Below, piece by piece: positions 11,194-22,900 of a DNA stretch of 64,000 nt; positions within the stretch are counted from its first letter, which is position 1, and each line of letters opens with the position of its first letter. The notes beneath the pieces are model-generated. The model was given only the letters and a program-made list of their open reading frames with translations. It was not told the origin of the DNA and did not search any database. Source of the DNA: Ramazzottius varieornatus (taxonomy: Eukaryota; Animalia; Tardigrada); NCBI GenBank assembly GCA_001949185.1, contig BDGG01000001.1:8936721-9000720 (forward strand), given 5' to 3'. Position numbers and translations under genes: made by a program.

Positions 11194-13744
11194 ATGGGAG
11201 TATCCAGCGCAGCCCAGGCTGGCGGGGTGAGAAACTGACCAGCAAGCTGCCTTGCCACTTCCCGCCACCATCTCCTGACGCTTTTTACCTTTTTCAGGGT
11301 GTCACAAAGACGTTGGCCTTCTCCATCTTCACTGCCGCCTTTGGATCTTCCTTCTTGTTCGGATACCACATTGGCGTCATGAATGCTCCTCAAACGGTCA
11401 GCTGCTGTACAACTATGAGCATTCCTTTGACGCTACCCTTGCTGGTACAGATTTAGCGGCGCAGTACATGCATGCTTTTCTTTCCACACAGATTATCGGC
11501 TTGTGGATTCGCCAGGTCAAGTGCAAACGGAACAATGGGGTTGTCAGTCAGGAAGAAGGTGAAAGCGACGACGTGTGGTGCTCCAAACTGGACGCTGCTG
11601 GCGAAACCAACATGTTCAAGAATGTGGAGCTGAATACCCTGTGGACCCTTATCGTGGCCATGCTGTCAACGGGGGCCCTCATCGGCGCACTCTCCACCAA
11701 CTTCTTTGCCACCAAATTTGGCAGGTCGGTCCATCCAACCCTTCGTCCCCTCTTTCCACTAACAAATGGCACTGGATAAGCAATTTCTGACGTAGACGAA
11801 CCACCTTGTGGTACAACAGCTTGACGGGAATCTTGGCGGCGGCCATCTTGGGTTTCGCCTATTTGGCCAACTCTTTTGAGATGCTGATTGTTGGACGCCT
11901 CATTGCTGGCTTTAACGCCGGTAAGCTTTATTTCGATCATGGCTTCTTAAGTGAAAACTGATATCCACACATTGTGTGAAAGCTCGGCATGTAGACTGGG
12001 CCAGATTGTTCTACCAAGTGGCGCACCTACCCAGTATCACTGGGCGAAGGGGTACGCCACTTGCATGACGGATGTTGTCCAGTTTGCCTTTGGTCCCAGT
12101 TGTATAGTATGAATATTAATATTAGGTATCAGCTCGGGCCTTCCTCCAATGTACTTTAGCGAGATATCGCCGGCCTCACTGAGAGGAGCCTTAGGGACGG
12201 TCCACCAGTTGTCCATCGTCATTGCCATCTGGTTCTCGCAAATCTTTGGCCTACCCTACATCCTGGGCAACGAGTGGGGATGGCCCATCCTGCTGGGCTT
12301 CAGTGCAGTGCCCGCAGTGTATCAACTGGTCGCTCTGGCCTTTTGCCCGGAATCGCCCACCTACCTTTATGTGGAGAAACGAGAGGAAATCGCCGCCCGC
12401 AGTGGTACGTCGGCATATCATTCTCCACAGGGGCCCAGTCTTGCAGCTGACACTTGCTGCTGTACTTTCAGCGCTGATCAGGCTGCGCGGAACGTCCAAC
12501 GTGGAAGCCGAGCTGGAGGAAATTCGCCAGGAGTATGAAAAGACCAAGAATGACCCGGCCATCTCCATCGCCGACCTCTTCAGAGACAGCTTCCTGAGGC
12601 AAGTCACCCTCATTGCCGGGGGCTTGATGCTGTGCCAGCAGCTCTCCGGCATCGACGCCGTACGTCCCACCCCCCATGACATGTCTTGCCACCAATGAAC
12701 ATAAGAAGAGTCAGTTTCTGACAAATGTTGCAGGTGATGTTTTACTCGACGGCCATCTTCAAGTCGGCCGGCCTACAGGAAGGCAATCAAGCGGTTTACG
12801 CCACCATCGCCACTGGTGGCGTCAACGTCCTCATGACCGTCGCCTCTCTCTTCCTGGTGGAGAAAGCCGGCCGCAAAGTCCTCCTCTTGATCGGGTTGGT
12901 CCTTAATTCTGCCCAACTTGCAGAAGCCTACAGACCAGACAATACTGTATAATTATCAGCCCAACCATTTGAGAAATGGTATTATTATGGCAACAGGTAC
13001 AGCGGCATGCTGGTCTTCATGACGCTGCTAACCATCTTCATGTTGCAAACCGTAAGTGCAGCCCAAGCAGCCTCAGTGCAGCTAGGATGCCTCTTGTATG
13101 CCGCGATCCATGGTCCGACATGGTGACGTTGTAGAAAGCCACGGAGCCACCGGTGGAAGAAGCTCGGCCTATCGGCGGCATGAATCCCTTCGCTATCGGT
13201 AGCACCATCTGTCTCATCGGCTACATCGTCTTCTTCGCCACGGGACCAGGTTCGTAACGTAACCGTACCCCGTAACGTCAACAATAACCCGATGGCTGAA
13301 ACTGACAGGCTCGATCCCATGGTTCCTGGTGTCTGAGCTCTTCACCACCGCACCACGCGCGGCTGCCACCAGCGTGGCCGTTGGTGTCAACCGCTTCTGC
13401 AGCCTGCTCATCGCCATCACCTTTCCCTACTTGAACGTACGATCAACGCCACTTCCTCCTTCGTCTTAAACGGCAGATATATCAACGGCTGAAAGGATAT
13501 AATATATCCAATCTTGTCTTTATAGAACGCCATCAACGAGTACACCTTCATCATCTTCGTCACCATCCTGACGCTTATCATCATGTTCACAAAGTTTTTC
13601 GTCATCGAAACAAAAGGCAAAACAACGGAGCAAGTGCAACATGAGCTTCGATACGGAAGTAAGCATCGAGCGATACAGGGGGACGACGTCAAGTACCCAA
13701 GCAGGCCTCCATTGGGAGTCGATCAAGCCGAAGCCCGCCTCTAG
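11194..13744 (+). CDS. Facilitated glucose transporter (SLC2A/GLUT family, MFS sugar porter), multi-exon
   Basis: Spliced exons give [81 protein letters not shown] and IETKGKT. Stop TAG at 13742-13744. Confidence 0.93.
12015..12063. repeat. Intronic 49-bp palindrome (GLUT intron)
   Basis: CAAGTGGCGCAC-N25-GTACGCCACTTG. Confidence 0.9.
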
Positions 13745-13788
13745 AAAGAGCAGAAACAACTAGTATCCATCCAGTAGGGCCACCTAGC

Positions 13789-15793
13789 TCATGTATCAGA
13801 CTTGTCACTGTAGATTTGCTCGAATGCCTGGTTGAAAGTTTGATGTGCCAGACGACCACCGCCTTTGGTCACCAGCGAGCCGTTATGGTTAAAGGTCATC
13901 TGGCTGAAGGACGGGCTATTTTGCAGGCTTGCCGCCCTGCTGTGATTCCTGCTGGCCTTGCCCGATACTGACAGACATTGATAGTAATCCAACGGTTCCA
14001 TAAAGTGCAACGAGCCTTCGCCCTTCTCTTTCATCCATTTCCCCTGCACACTGCTTTTCAACGAACTGCCATCGTCAGCAGAAGCCACATGTCTTTGCGG
14101 GTTAGGCTTGATGGACATGGTGGGGCTATTCATTTCTTTGGCCTGTGAATGCAAGCTGGAAATGAGAGAGAGGGAGGAAAGGCTTCTGGCCGAGGTCTTG
14201 GTTAGGTAACTCGGCTCGCCGTCATTGGAAGGTTGCTGGTCGACTAGTCCATCAGACTTTGGAGCCAGCTTCTTATCCATGACAGAGGAGAAGCGTTCAA
14301 GTACAGCCAGGTTCCTTGGCGGCGCTAGTTCGAACTGTTCAAGAAACGACAGGTCGTTTTCCAAGATGAAGGGCCTTGCTATATAGGCCGTTTGCACCAA
14401 GTCAGCTATAGCCTTGGTTGCCATCACTTGCGCCTCTTGGGCTTGACAGCTGGTGAGCTCCTCCACCGTCATAAAGTGAAAGCGGACACACTTCATCACT
14501 TTGACGAAATGAGCACTTCGTACAGCGCGATGGGCGTTCAGCCACTGCAGAGCCCAGGTGAAGACCTGCAGCTCCGACGCGACAGCCAGACCGTCGGCAC
14601 CGAGTAGACGACAAACTTCGGCCACTTCCAAGGCCACAAAGTCACCGCCAGTTGCAATCACCTGAAAGCGCTGCAGCAGCTTGGACCAAGCAATGTCGTA
14701 CAGAGGATGATCAGGGTCACCTTGAAAGACTAGCGGTAACAAGGCCTCGTCCACCAGCATCTTGTCGCTGGTTTCCACAATCTCTTCCTCAAGACATGTC
14801 AAGCCGAAAAACTCGACGGCCGTCACCACTTCAGCCAAATTCTCGTAAGCAAACTGCAAAGACAACCCAATCAAACCTTTATGGCCACAATATGGGCATC
14901 GTTATGTTGCCACCTCGGCAAATAAACTCGACAAGATCCTTTCACCAAGCGGCGCACCCTTCCAGACATTTACGCTGCAACAATGCGCCACTTCGGGGAG
15001 ATACGAGGCAAAGGACAAAGTCGTTGTTTCAAGTGGCGCACGCTTCCAGTCTATTACACTGACAAGGTGCGCCACTTGGCAAGCGAATAGCGTAGATTCA
15101 TTTGCCGAGAGCCCATTTTATTGAGCGCTTCATTTATATCCTTCTGTAGCCATGCCAAAGAGGGTTTTAAGCAAAGCGTACTTGGCACTGACCGTCATAA
15201 ACGTAGTTCATAATGGCGGTGAAGGCCAGCGCGGTGACATCGCCGCCCACGTCCACCTGCGTCCTGGCCTTTAAGCTCCCGTTGGACGACGACGACAAGA
15301 ACTTCTTCTTCTGGAAGCCATCATGCAACAGAAACATGAGGGAATGCACAGGCGTGGCAGAGTTTCCAAAAGAAATGAGCATGTCACACAAGTGCATCTC
15401 CTCCAAAGAACGCTTGATATGCTGGAGACGACGTCGAGTGTGACTGAGTGAGGCCAACTTTTGCCGGTCGAAATCCACGCCTAAATTTCCTCCATCCTCT
15501 TCCTCACTGTGAGTCCCTGCTTCAAGCGCTACCTCAGCCGTTACAATGTCGTCTGGTTGTCCGAGGAAGAGCCAGCGTCTGTTGGTAAGATTTTCCTCCT
15601 CAGGGCTGCTGTACGATTCCGGGCTAATGGTCTGTCTTCCCATCGCTGACAAGGACAAGGTTTCAGCTACCGACACCTCCGACTGTAACTCATCACTAGC
15701 CGACTCTAAGCTGCTCAAATCAGCACTGGTGTCAGATATCGTCACAAAGTCGTGCATCCCACAATTCCCCTTCAATTCACTATTTTCCGTCAT
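13789..15793 (-). CDS. BTB/POZ + BACK domain protein (no kelch repeats evident), 2 exons
   Basis: Exon 15793-15182 has LCDMLISFG..PVHSLM and AFTAIMNYVYDGQCQ. It joins over intron 15181-14854 to FAYENLAEVVTAVEFF. BACK motif LAVASELQVFTWALQWL...VMKCVRF follows, then a Ser-rich tail. Confidence 0.8.
14946..15078. repeat. Pair of intronic 49-bp palindromes (BTB intron)
   Basis: Copies at 14946-14994 and 15030-15078, both N25. Confidence 0.9.
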
Positions 15794-16102
15794 CCTTCAC
15801 TTCACAGAGTTTCCCCACAATTAAGAACCTCGACAAAAAGTCTTCTATTACGAAGCGGTAGACGACAGTTTCAACAGCCAGGACAAGTTTCAGTGGTGGC
15901 AAAGATTGGAATGTTACCATAGTTCCCACTCCATTGGGAGATATTGTGGTCGCCTACTGTGGAATGCCACAGTGGACCAATACCTTCTTTACAGGACGAC
16001 AGCAGTATTCGTGCCAAAAGACAAAGTCTTATATCACAGGGGGTACCTGGTCAAGCACTAGACTTCCGCTACGATGGAAGTGTCAGACTCTTGTCCTTCT
16101 TT

Positions 16103-16875
16103 TCATTCTTGCATACCGACGCTCCATAGTTCCGATTTCAGCATGGAGTCCGTGTTGCAGTTCTGATGCCTACACCAAGCCGTAGAGATACGTAATGTTA
16201 GCCGCAACACAGATACGTAAATGACAGCATGCCTACCGGAAGTTGTCCGATTGGATTTTCCAGGTGCCGCTTTTGGCCGAGATAACGAAGGTTTCGTAAA
16301 AGTCAAACTTTCTGGGGTCGGCATTTGAATCGTCAAAGCTTCGCGATTCTCCGCTGCTACCTCCGTACTTGACGCGGCCTGTTACCAGGATCAGGATGGC
16401 TGGCGCACCTTTTAGATATGTTTCTAGACACCAGATAAGTCTGAAATTCTCCTTATAGTATACCAACAAGTATATACTAAAAGTTGAAGCCTACCGGCAA
16501 TTTCGTGAGCATCATAGCTCAAGACTTTCGTCAGCGACTTTGGCAGGTTTTCATACAGCTTGCCGATGGCTTCCGCTCCCTCGAAACCATGACCATTGAA
16601 GATGACTTTTCCGCCCTCTTCGTACATGTTCTTTACCGTCTGCAAGGATCATCGACAACGTAGTTATAATGACCATAATTAGCACAAAGTACACGTCATA
16701 GTTTCGCGGTAGGCTAGTACGGTCAGCTTGACACCGCTGATTTTGAACGCGGATGCCAATGACGTACATGCCGTTCTTCGTCCAAACGTTTGTAGAAACG
16801 GTTGAGAAAGCCCTGAGCTGCAGCACAGGTCTCGGCGATCCTCACTTCCCTGGCCAAGGCGTCCGCAGCAGCCAT
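16103..16875 (-). CDS. NXT1: NTF2-related export protein NXT1/p15
   Basis: MAAADALAREV..ETCAAAQGFLNRFYKRLDEER, VIFNGHGFEG..IGKLYENLPKS, ILILVTGRVKY, FYETFVI..WKIQSDNFR. The last exon (to 16103) is less certain; the alternative stop is at 16233. Confidence 0.85.
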
Positions 16876-17416
16876 GCGCCAGTGTGACACTCCGCTATCT
16901 ACAGTCCTGGTCCCCCCAACTATCACGGGTCTATCCACTTGACCCAGATACTCCAGGATACTCCTGCCACAAATACTACTAACCGCCAAGAAGTCACCAG
17001 ATCCTGAGAAAGAAAAATCGTTAAGAAAAGTTAACAGATTCCACAAGTACAAACAGCACAATTAGCACATTGCGAAAAAAACGTCTGGGACTGTGGGTTT
17101 ATCTTTCAGCCGCTCCGTCTGACTGTGCAAAGTGGAGCGGAGCGGCAAACCGTGGTTCGGCTTATCTCGCTTCCCACTGGTAACGACTCGCCTCTTTTCC
17201 AGTTCCAGTTCCACTGAAGTAACGACGAATCCACCTTTCCTGTCTGGATTCCGGGATATGCCTGTGATGAAATCCGCTTGTCGGTTGACATAAATAAAAT
17301 TGTTCCTGAGCCTCCTTCGTTTTTCACGTTCCGTGCGAAGCTGTGATTGACGTGGAGGAAAGTTTGGAGTTGTTTCTTATTGGGGCCGATCGTGGAGGGA
17401 AGGTGATTTGCTGGAG

Positions 17417-18951
17417 ATGCCTTCGCGAGACGATGATCGTCCTGTGGGCAACGGCACTGACCGTCGGGGAGGAAAGCCGAACTCCAGCTTGTACGTTCGC
17501 GGGGTGGCCGAAGAGACCAGGTCAGTTCCTTCTTGCTTACTTTCTGATCTGTGGCTGAGAGGATCCGCCACATATTCCTCTTTTTACAGGAATGAAGAGC
17601 TGAAGGAAATGTTTGCCAAGTTTGGACCTGTCAAGGACGTCTATATTCCTCTCGGTAAGCCACTACCCCTTCACCTCCCAGACCATCTTGCATTTTCTCC
17701 CTTCCTTCTGGGCTAACCCATGTTATACTGTAGACTATTATACTCGTCGAGCAAGAGGATTCGCATATGTCCAGTAAGTCATTTCTCAGTATTAATTTAC
17801 AGTAATACAGGGAGATATGTTTGTAAATCGGTGAACGTGAACTCGTATATTAAAGTGTATGATAGGGATTGGTTTGTCAGCGTGTCTTCCATTACAGTAT
17901 TGGTAGCCCGCAAAAAGGTTGTCTCTGTCCCAAGCTAAAGTTAAAGTCAAGTTAAGTCAAGTGACGGAAAGAGTTGTGGCCTTTTCCTTCATCGGCCAAG
18001 AGTTGCCTGAAAGACGAAAGCCAAAGCCAAGTCAGCACTAAGATAGGTTTGCCAGCAGCTGTCCGGCAAGAATCTGTGGTAAAAGGGGCCTGTCATCTCA
18101 AGATGAGTTGCAAGCAAGATGGCCGAAAGAGCAAAGTGGCGCTTCCGCTGTAAAGAGAAAGACTTGCTCATGTTGGCCGCTGTCTATTGTGTTCCTAATT
18201 GCAAGATTACAGGTTTGAAGAGTTGCGGGACGCCGAAGATGCTCTGGCTGCTGTAGATGGAACCAGACTGCATGGCATGTCGCTGGAAGTGGAGTTTGCC
18301 CAGGGAGACCGCAAAAGTCAGTTGGCTGTCACACCACCACCTCGTAATATTCCATTGTACTTTATCGTTGCAGCACCCAATGACATGAAGGGAAAGGAGC
18401 GCGGAGGTGGCGGTGGCCGAAATGGCAATGGGGCAGGACGCCGCGATGGTCGCAATGGCCGAGGCCGATACGATGATCGTAGAGGAGATCGCGATCGAGA
18501 CCGTGGCTATTCTCGCGAACGAGAACGGTCTCGTGACCGTGGAGACCGGTAAGTCAACAAACTTGACAAGCTCGTTTTTCCACGTCGCGCACCTTTCCAG
18601 CTAATAACGCCGGTAACATGCGCCACTTGTTGACTTTGCTTTGCAAGTGACGCACGTTTGCAGTGTCATTGGCTAGAAGTGTGCGCCACTTCAAGACGCG
18701 ATCTTGCTGAGCTTGTTTACCGAGCCGCTGTCATCTCCTCGACTGTGCTAACACATTTTCTTGTTGTTGGTAGACGTCGTCGTTCACGCAGTGGGGATCG
18801 AGATCGCCGACGGTCTGATCGGGATGAGCGGGATGGTCGGGAGCGTCGTCGTTCCCCGTCGCCCAGACGCCGCTCGCCTTCCCCCAAACGACGCTATTCT
18901 CGTTCACCAAGCCGTTCTCCTCGACACTCACCTCGTCGTGATAGACGTTGA
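17417..18951 (+). CDS. SRSF10: SR splicing factor SRSF10/SRSF12-like (RRM + RS domain)
   Basis: Spliced: [61 protein letters not shown]...EVEFAQGDRK..PNDMKGKE, then an RD/RS/SP-rich tail. Matches the SRSF10 RRM as I know it. Confidence 0.9.
18581..18692. repeat. Pair of intronic 49-bp palindromes (SRSF10 last intron)
   Basis: Copies at 18581-18629 and 18644-18692, both N25. Confidence 0.85.
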
Positions 18952-19965
18952 GAACAAGTTCATAATTTTTTATTCTGCGCTTTTGTTCGCTGCTTATAAC
19001 GGAAGTTTTCCTTGTTCCTCGCTGATAGCTTTGCTTCGTAAGTCGGACTACGGTCACTACGCACTGTTACGCACGATGTTACGTCTCATCCTACCCTACG
19101 AATAATGTATCACGTACGAAGTAACTCACCCACTAAAAAGCGTGTTCAACCCATGGCGAGGCGCGAAGATCTAGACATGAATTTACCATTTGTTAGGAAA
19201 AAAGAGACTTTACCAGGCGAGATAATACAAAGTTACCACCGTATCAAGAAGCGTGGCCACGAAGAAAAAGCAGTCATTCCCTGAGACAAACTCACAGGCA
19301 TGCCAGCGAATACCACACGGCAAAAAAGCAGCAGGGTAAAGGTAAAGCCACAGAGAGTAAAACTGTAAAAGGGGAGATGATCAGTGTAAAAGCTAGGAGA
19401 TGCAAGTTCTACACTGTACAGCAAAAAAAGAGGGTTAGCTAGTCAAACCAGGAATCCGCACTGTGCATTCACATCGTGTCAGGTAACGTCAGCATCACCA
19501 CTTTGGACTGAAGCTTGAATTTGATCCCAGTGAGAGTGAAAGATCCGCTGTCAGAGCAACTTTCCATACTATCTTCTCGTCCTCTTTTTGGTCAGAAGGA
19601 GAGATGATTCCCCGACATTTGACTGGCTAGTCAGCAGTGAAGAAACCCTCCCCATTCCGACGGCTTTTCCCTTTTTCCTTCTGGCTTTGTAGTTTTCTTC
19701 TTTCTTTCTTTCAGGAATATGCGGCGTGATAACATCAAGAGAATAAAAGATAAAAAGACAAAAGAGTATATCGGAATATGGCTGTGTGAATATCTGATGT
19801 ACGGTTTGGTTGAACAGGACTGAAAAAGATTGAAGGTTTGGTGCCAATTGGAGACCGAGGCAAAGTCACAGATTGATTAGGGGCAAAACACGGACACTTC
19901 CCGTCCATACTTCCGATGAGAGCTTGCACGCACATCCTTGCATTCTAATACCGGTAACACAATCA

Positions 19966-22900
19966 TTACTGCGAGCCATCGTTGCCATAACGTTGTCCGC
20001 TACCGCCATTACCATTACCGCCACCGTTGCCGCTGCTGCTCGCTGCTCCCGAGGTACCCGTGCTTGTAGTGTTCAAGCTGAGAGGACTCTTGGCCACACT
20101 GCCCGGCGTCAGGTGGGGATCTTCATCGGCCGACAGCAGCTGCGAACCCTGCCACGGCTTGCCCGGCACAAACTCGGGCAGCGTGTCCCAAGCGAAGCGG
20201 CCAAAGGTGTTGGAGCCGCTGCCCCCGCCGTACGACGACGTATCCCCTTGACGGTTACCACCTGCAAAACCCAATCACCCATTCATCACATACCCCGTTT
20301 CATATTGCAATATCCGTTTCAATTCAGATACATCGGAGCTCGCCCAAAAAAAACTGCATGACACTGTTTCCTTGGGTGGCGCACTTTTCCACTGCCATTA
20401 GCTAGAAGCGTGCGTCACTTGAAAAAAAACCAACTCTATCATCCTGAAGTTCCTCTGACGAACTGCCCAGTTTAGTTTGATTCAGATAGTGAATTACGAA
20501 ACATGATCCAGGTTTTTACCCCAATGATGGCTTCCGTCGGTGTCATCGGAGCCGTAAGCCGACATGTTGTTCTGCGACATAGTGCGGGAGGTAGGACTCA
20601 AGACGTTATGGTCGGAAGGAGTGGTGGCGCTGGGTGACTTCATCATGGTGTGAGCAGTCCAGTCTTCGACGTTGGAGGTGGCGGAAAGGGCCATTTGACG
20701 GTAAGGACCCATGGCCGGTGCGGCACTGTGACCCATGGCTGCCCATTGGTTAGTGGGGGCGTTCCACATGCCAGCCGCTACCGCCGGCATGCCGAAGGCC
20801 GCCGCTGCTGCCATACCACCACCCATGAACTGCGAACCCACACCCGCGTTCATCCATGACGACGCGTCACCTACCACAGCCACAACAGTGTCACTGCCCA
20901 ATACCAATATCCACAGTAAGCTCGACAAGACAAACGTCGACAAGAATGCTCTTACAAGTGGCGCACGATTTCAGCCGATAACACTGCAACACTGCGCCAC
21001 TTGGAAAAACACTCGTTGAGTTCAAAGTTGTCCCTTTCTAACTTGACCAACTGTTCGAGCGGAATATGCTCAACTCTGATTCTATTGTATCTTCGCGGTT
21101 GGAAGAAACACGGCTTGATATTGGGACGAAATATTTGGGGAAGAGGACCAACCTGCAGCTGCTCCATAGTGTGCGGCGTGTTCAGTCGGCATATTACGCT
21201 GCCAGGCCGCTGCCGCTGCCTGAGGTGAAGCTGCATTCTGGAAGTCAGAGAAAGCCCCGCTGGCCGGCATGGAGGAGGTCAGATCGACCAACGATGGTCC
21301 CGACTGAAAACGTGGATCACTAGACGAACGCATAAACCTGCAAGACAAATATACCAGCCTGGAGTATTTTTTAATACAAACAGAAGAGAACATGACATGC
21401 TATGGCTTACTCATTCTGCACGGATTCGATTTGCTTTTGCAGCGTACTAATGTCAGCCTTGATCTTGTTGACGGCCATGACAATCTGTTGCATATTTCGC
21501 TGCTGTAGCGCGGGGTTGGGCGAGTGCTGTTTGGACAGCATCTCGTGTTGAGCAGTGAGGTTTTGCATCTGACGGTGCGATTGCATCAACTGCAAGGCAA
21601 TTCCCAAACATTGTTAGTTTTTCTGATATCTGCATTCAGTGAACTGTGAGGTCCCCAAAGAGAACGCACTGATTGGCAACGACCGGCATACTGAGGTTAC
21701 TATTGAGTTGGACGCGCTGGTGTATGTAGCTTTATGCCAGACATCAAAATTAGGCGACAAGAACCTACATACTGGCGTATTACGCTACATGACAAGGTTG
21801 ACAGTATGCAGGTCTGTCGACCTGTTGATTCTGGCTGTGATTCGGGTTACGTTCTGTCTGTATATGGTGTACTTACTTTGTGGAGGAGGTATGTGGTTTG
21901 TGGAGCCAGAGGTTGTGTTAGTAGACGGGAACTAATGATGCCCTGACGAGCAGCGACGCTCAGCTGGTGGGCCAGTGCTTCGATGTTGGGGACAGCGGGT
22001 GCGCGGTTAGCTTGGCCTTTGTTCATCTCTTGATGGGACTGCTGCATCAGATGGGACTGTTGGGCTTGTCCTACAGCCTGGCTGCTGGCTGAGCCAGCAC
22101 TAGCCAGTCCTGCTAGTCCGCTTTTGTAGCCGTCACCATAGGCGTTGGAGCTGCTGTTTGCCGAAGACTGCTGCATCGGCATCTGCTGAACCTGCTGCTG
22201 CGCTCGCCGCCGCTTCAGCTCGTTCAACGTCGCTTCGTAGTTCATCATACTGTTACGCATTGCCACATCGATTTCTTCCCGCTACAACAAAGCAAAGCTT
22301 CATGACAGTACTGTACAAAACGAACAAGTCACAAACGCATCAACAATGAGCCATTTTTTCCAAGTGGCGCATGTATTTAGTGTTTTTCGCTGAAAACGTG
22401 CGCCAAGTGGGAAAATGGTTATTGGTCTAGATCCCATCCCGTTTTTCTCCTTTTCATGGAATGATTACTACCGAGTAACGAGATCGATAATACCGGTACT
22501 GATATTTCTTTTCTACCGACTTAAATTTGGTCAAAAGGAAAGTCCAAACCTTGAAGCCCATTTCCAGGAGTCCCTGATACTGTTTAGTCTGGTAGATTTG
22601 TTCACGAGCATGTTTTGCCTACGAGAAGAAAGGGCCATCAGTTGGTCGAACCTGTAAAGTAGAGCTGGCTAAATGGTACCATGTTGTTGGGAGGGGAGAA
22701 TCTTTGTTGGGCATGTTGGTCACGCAGCGTGCTGCTGGAAGTGGAGGGCCACTGCGGCTGCTGGCTGCGCTTGTCGTTGGCGCCCGAAGTCCACTCATTG
22801 TCGCCATTGACACTGCTCCATTCCGAGGCAGCTTGTGACTGCATGGAAGCGGAGTTACCATAGGCCGACTCCTGCCAGCCCCGTTGACGCTCTTCCGCCT

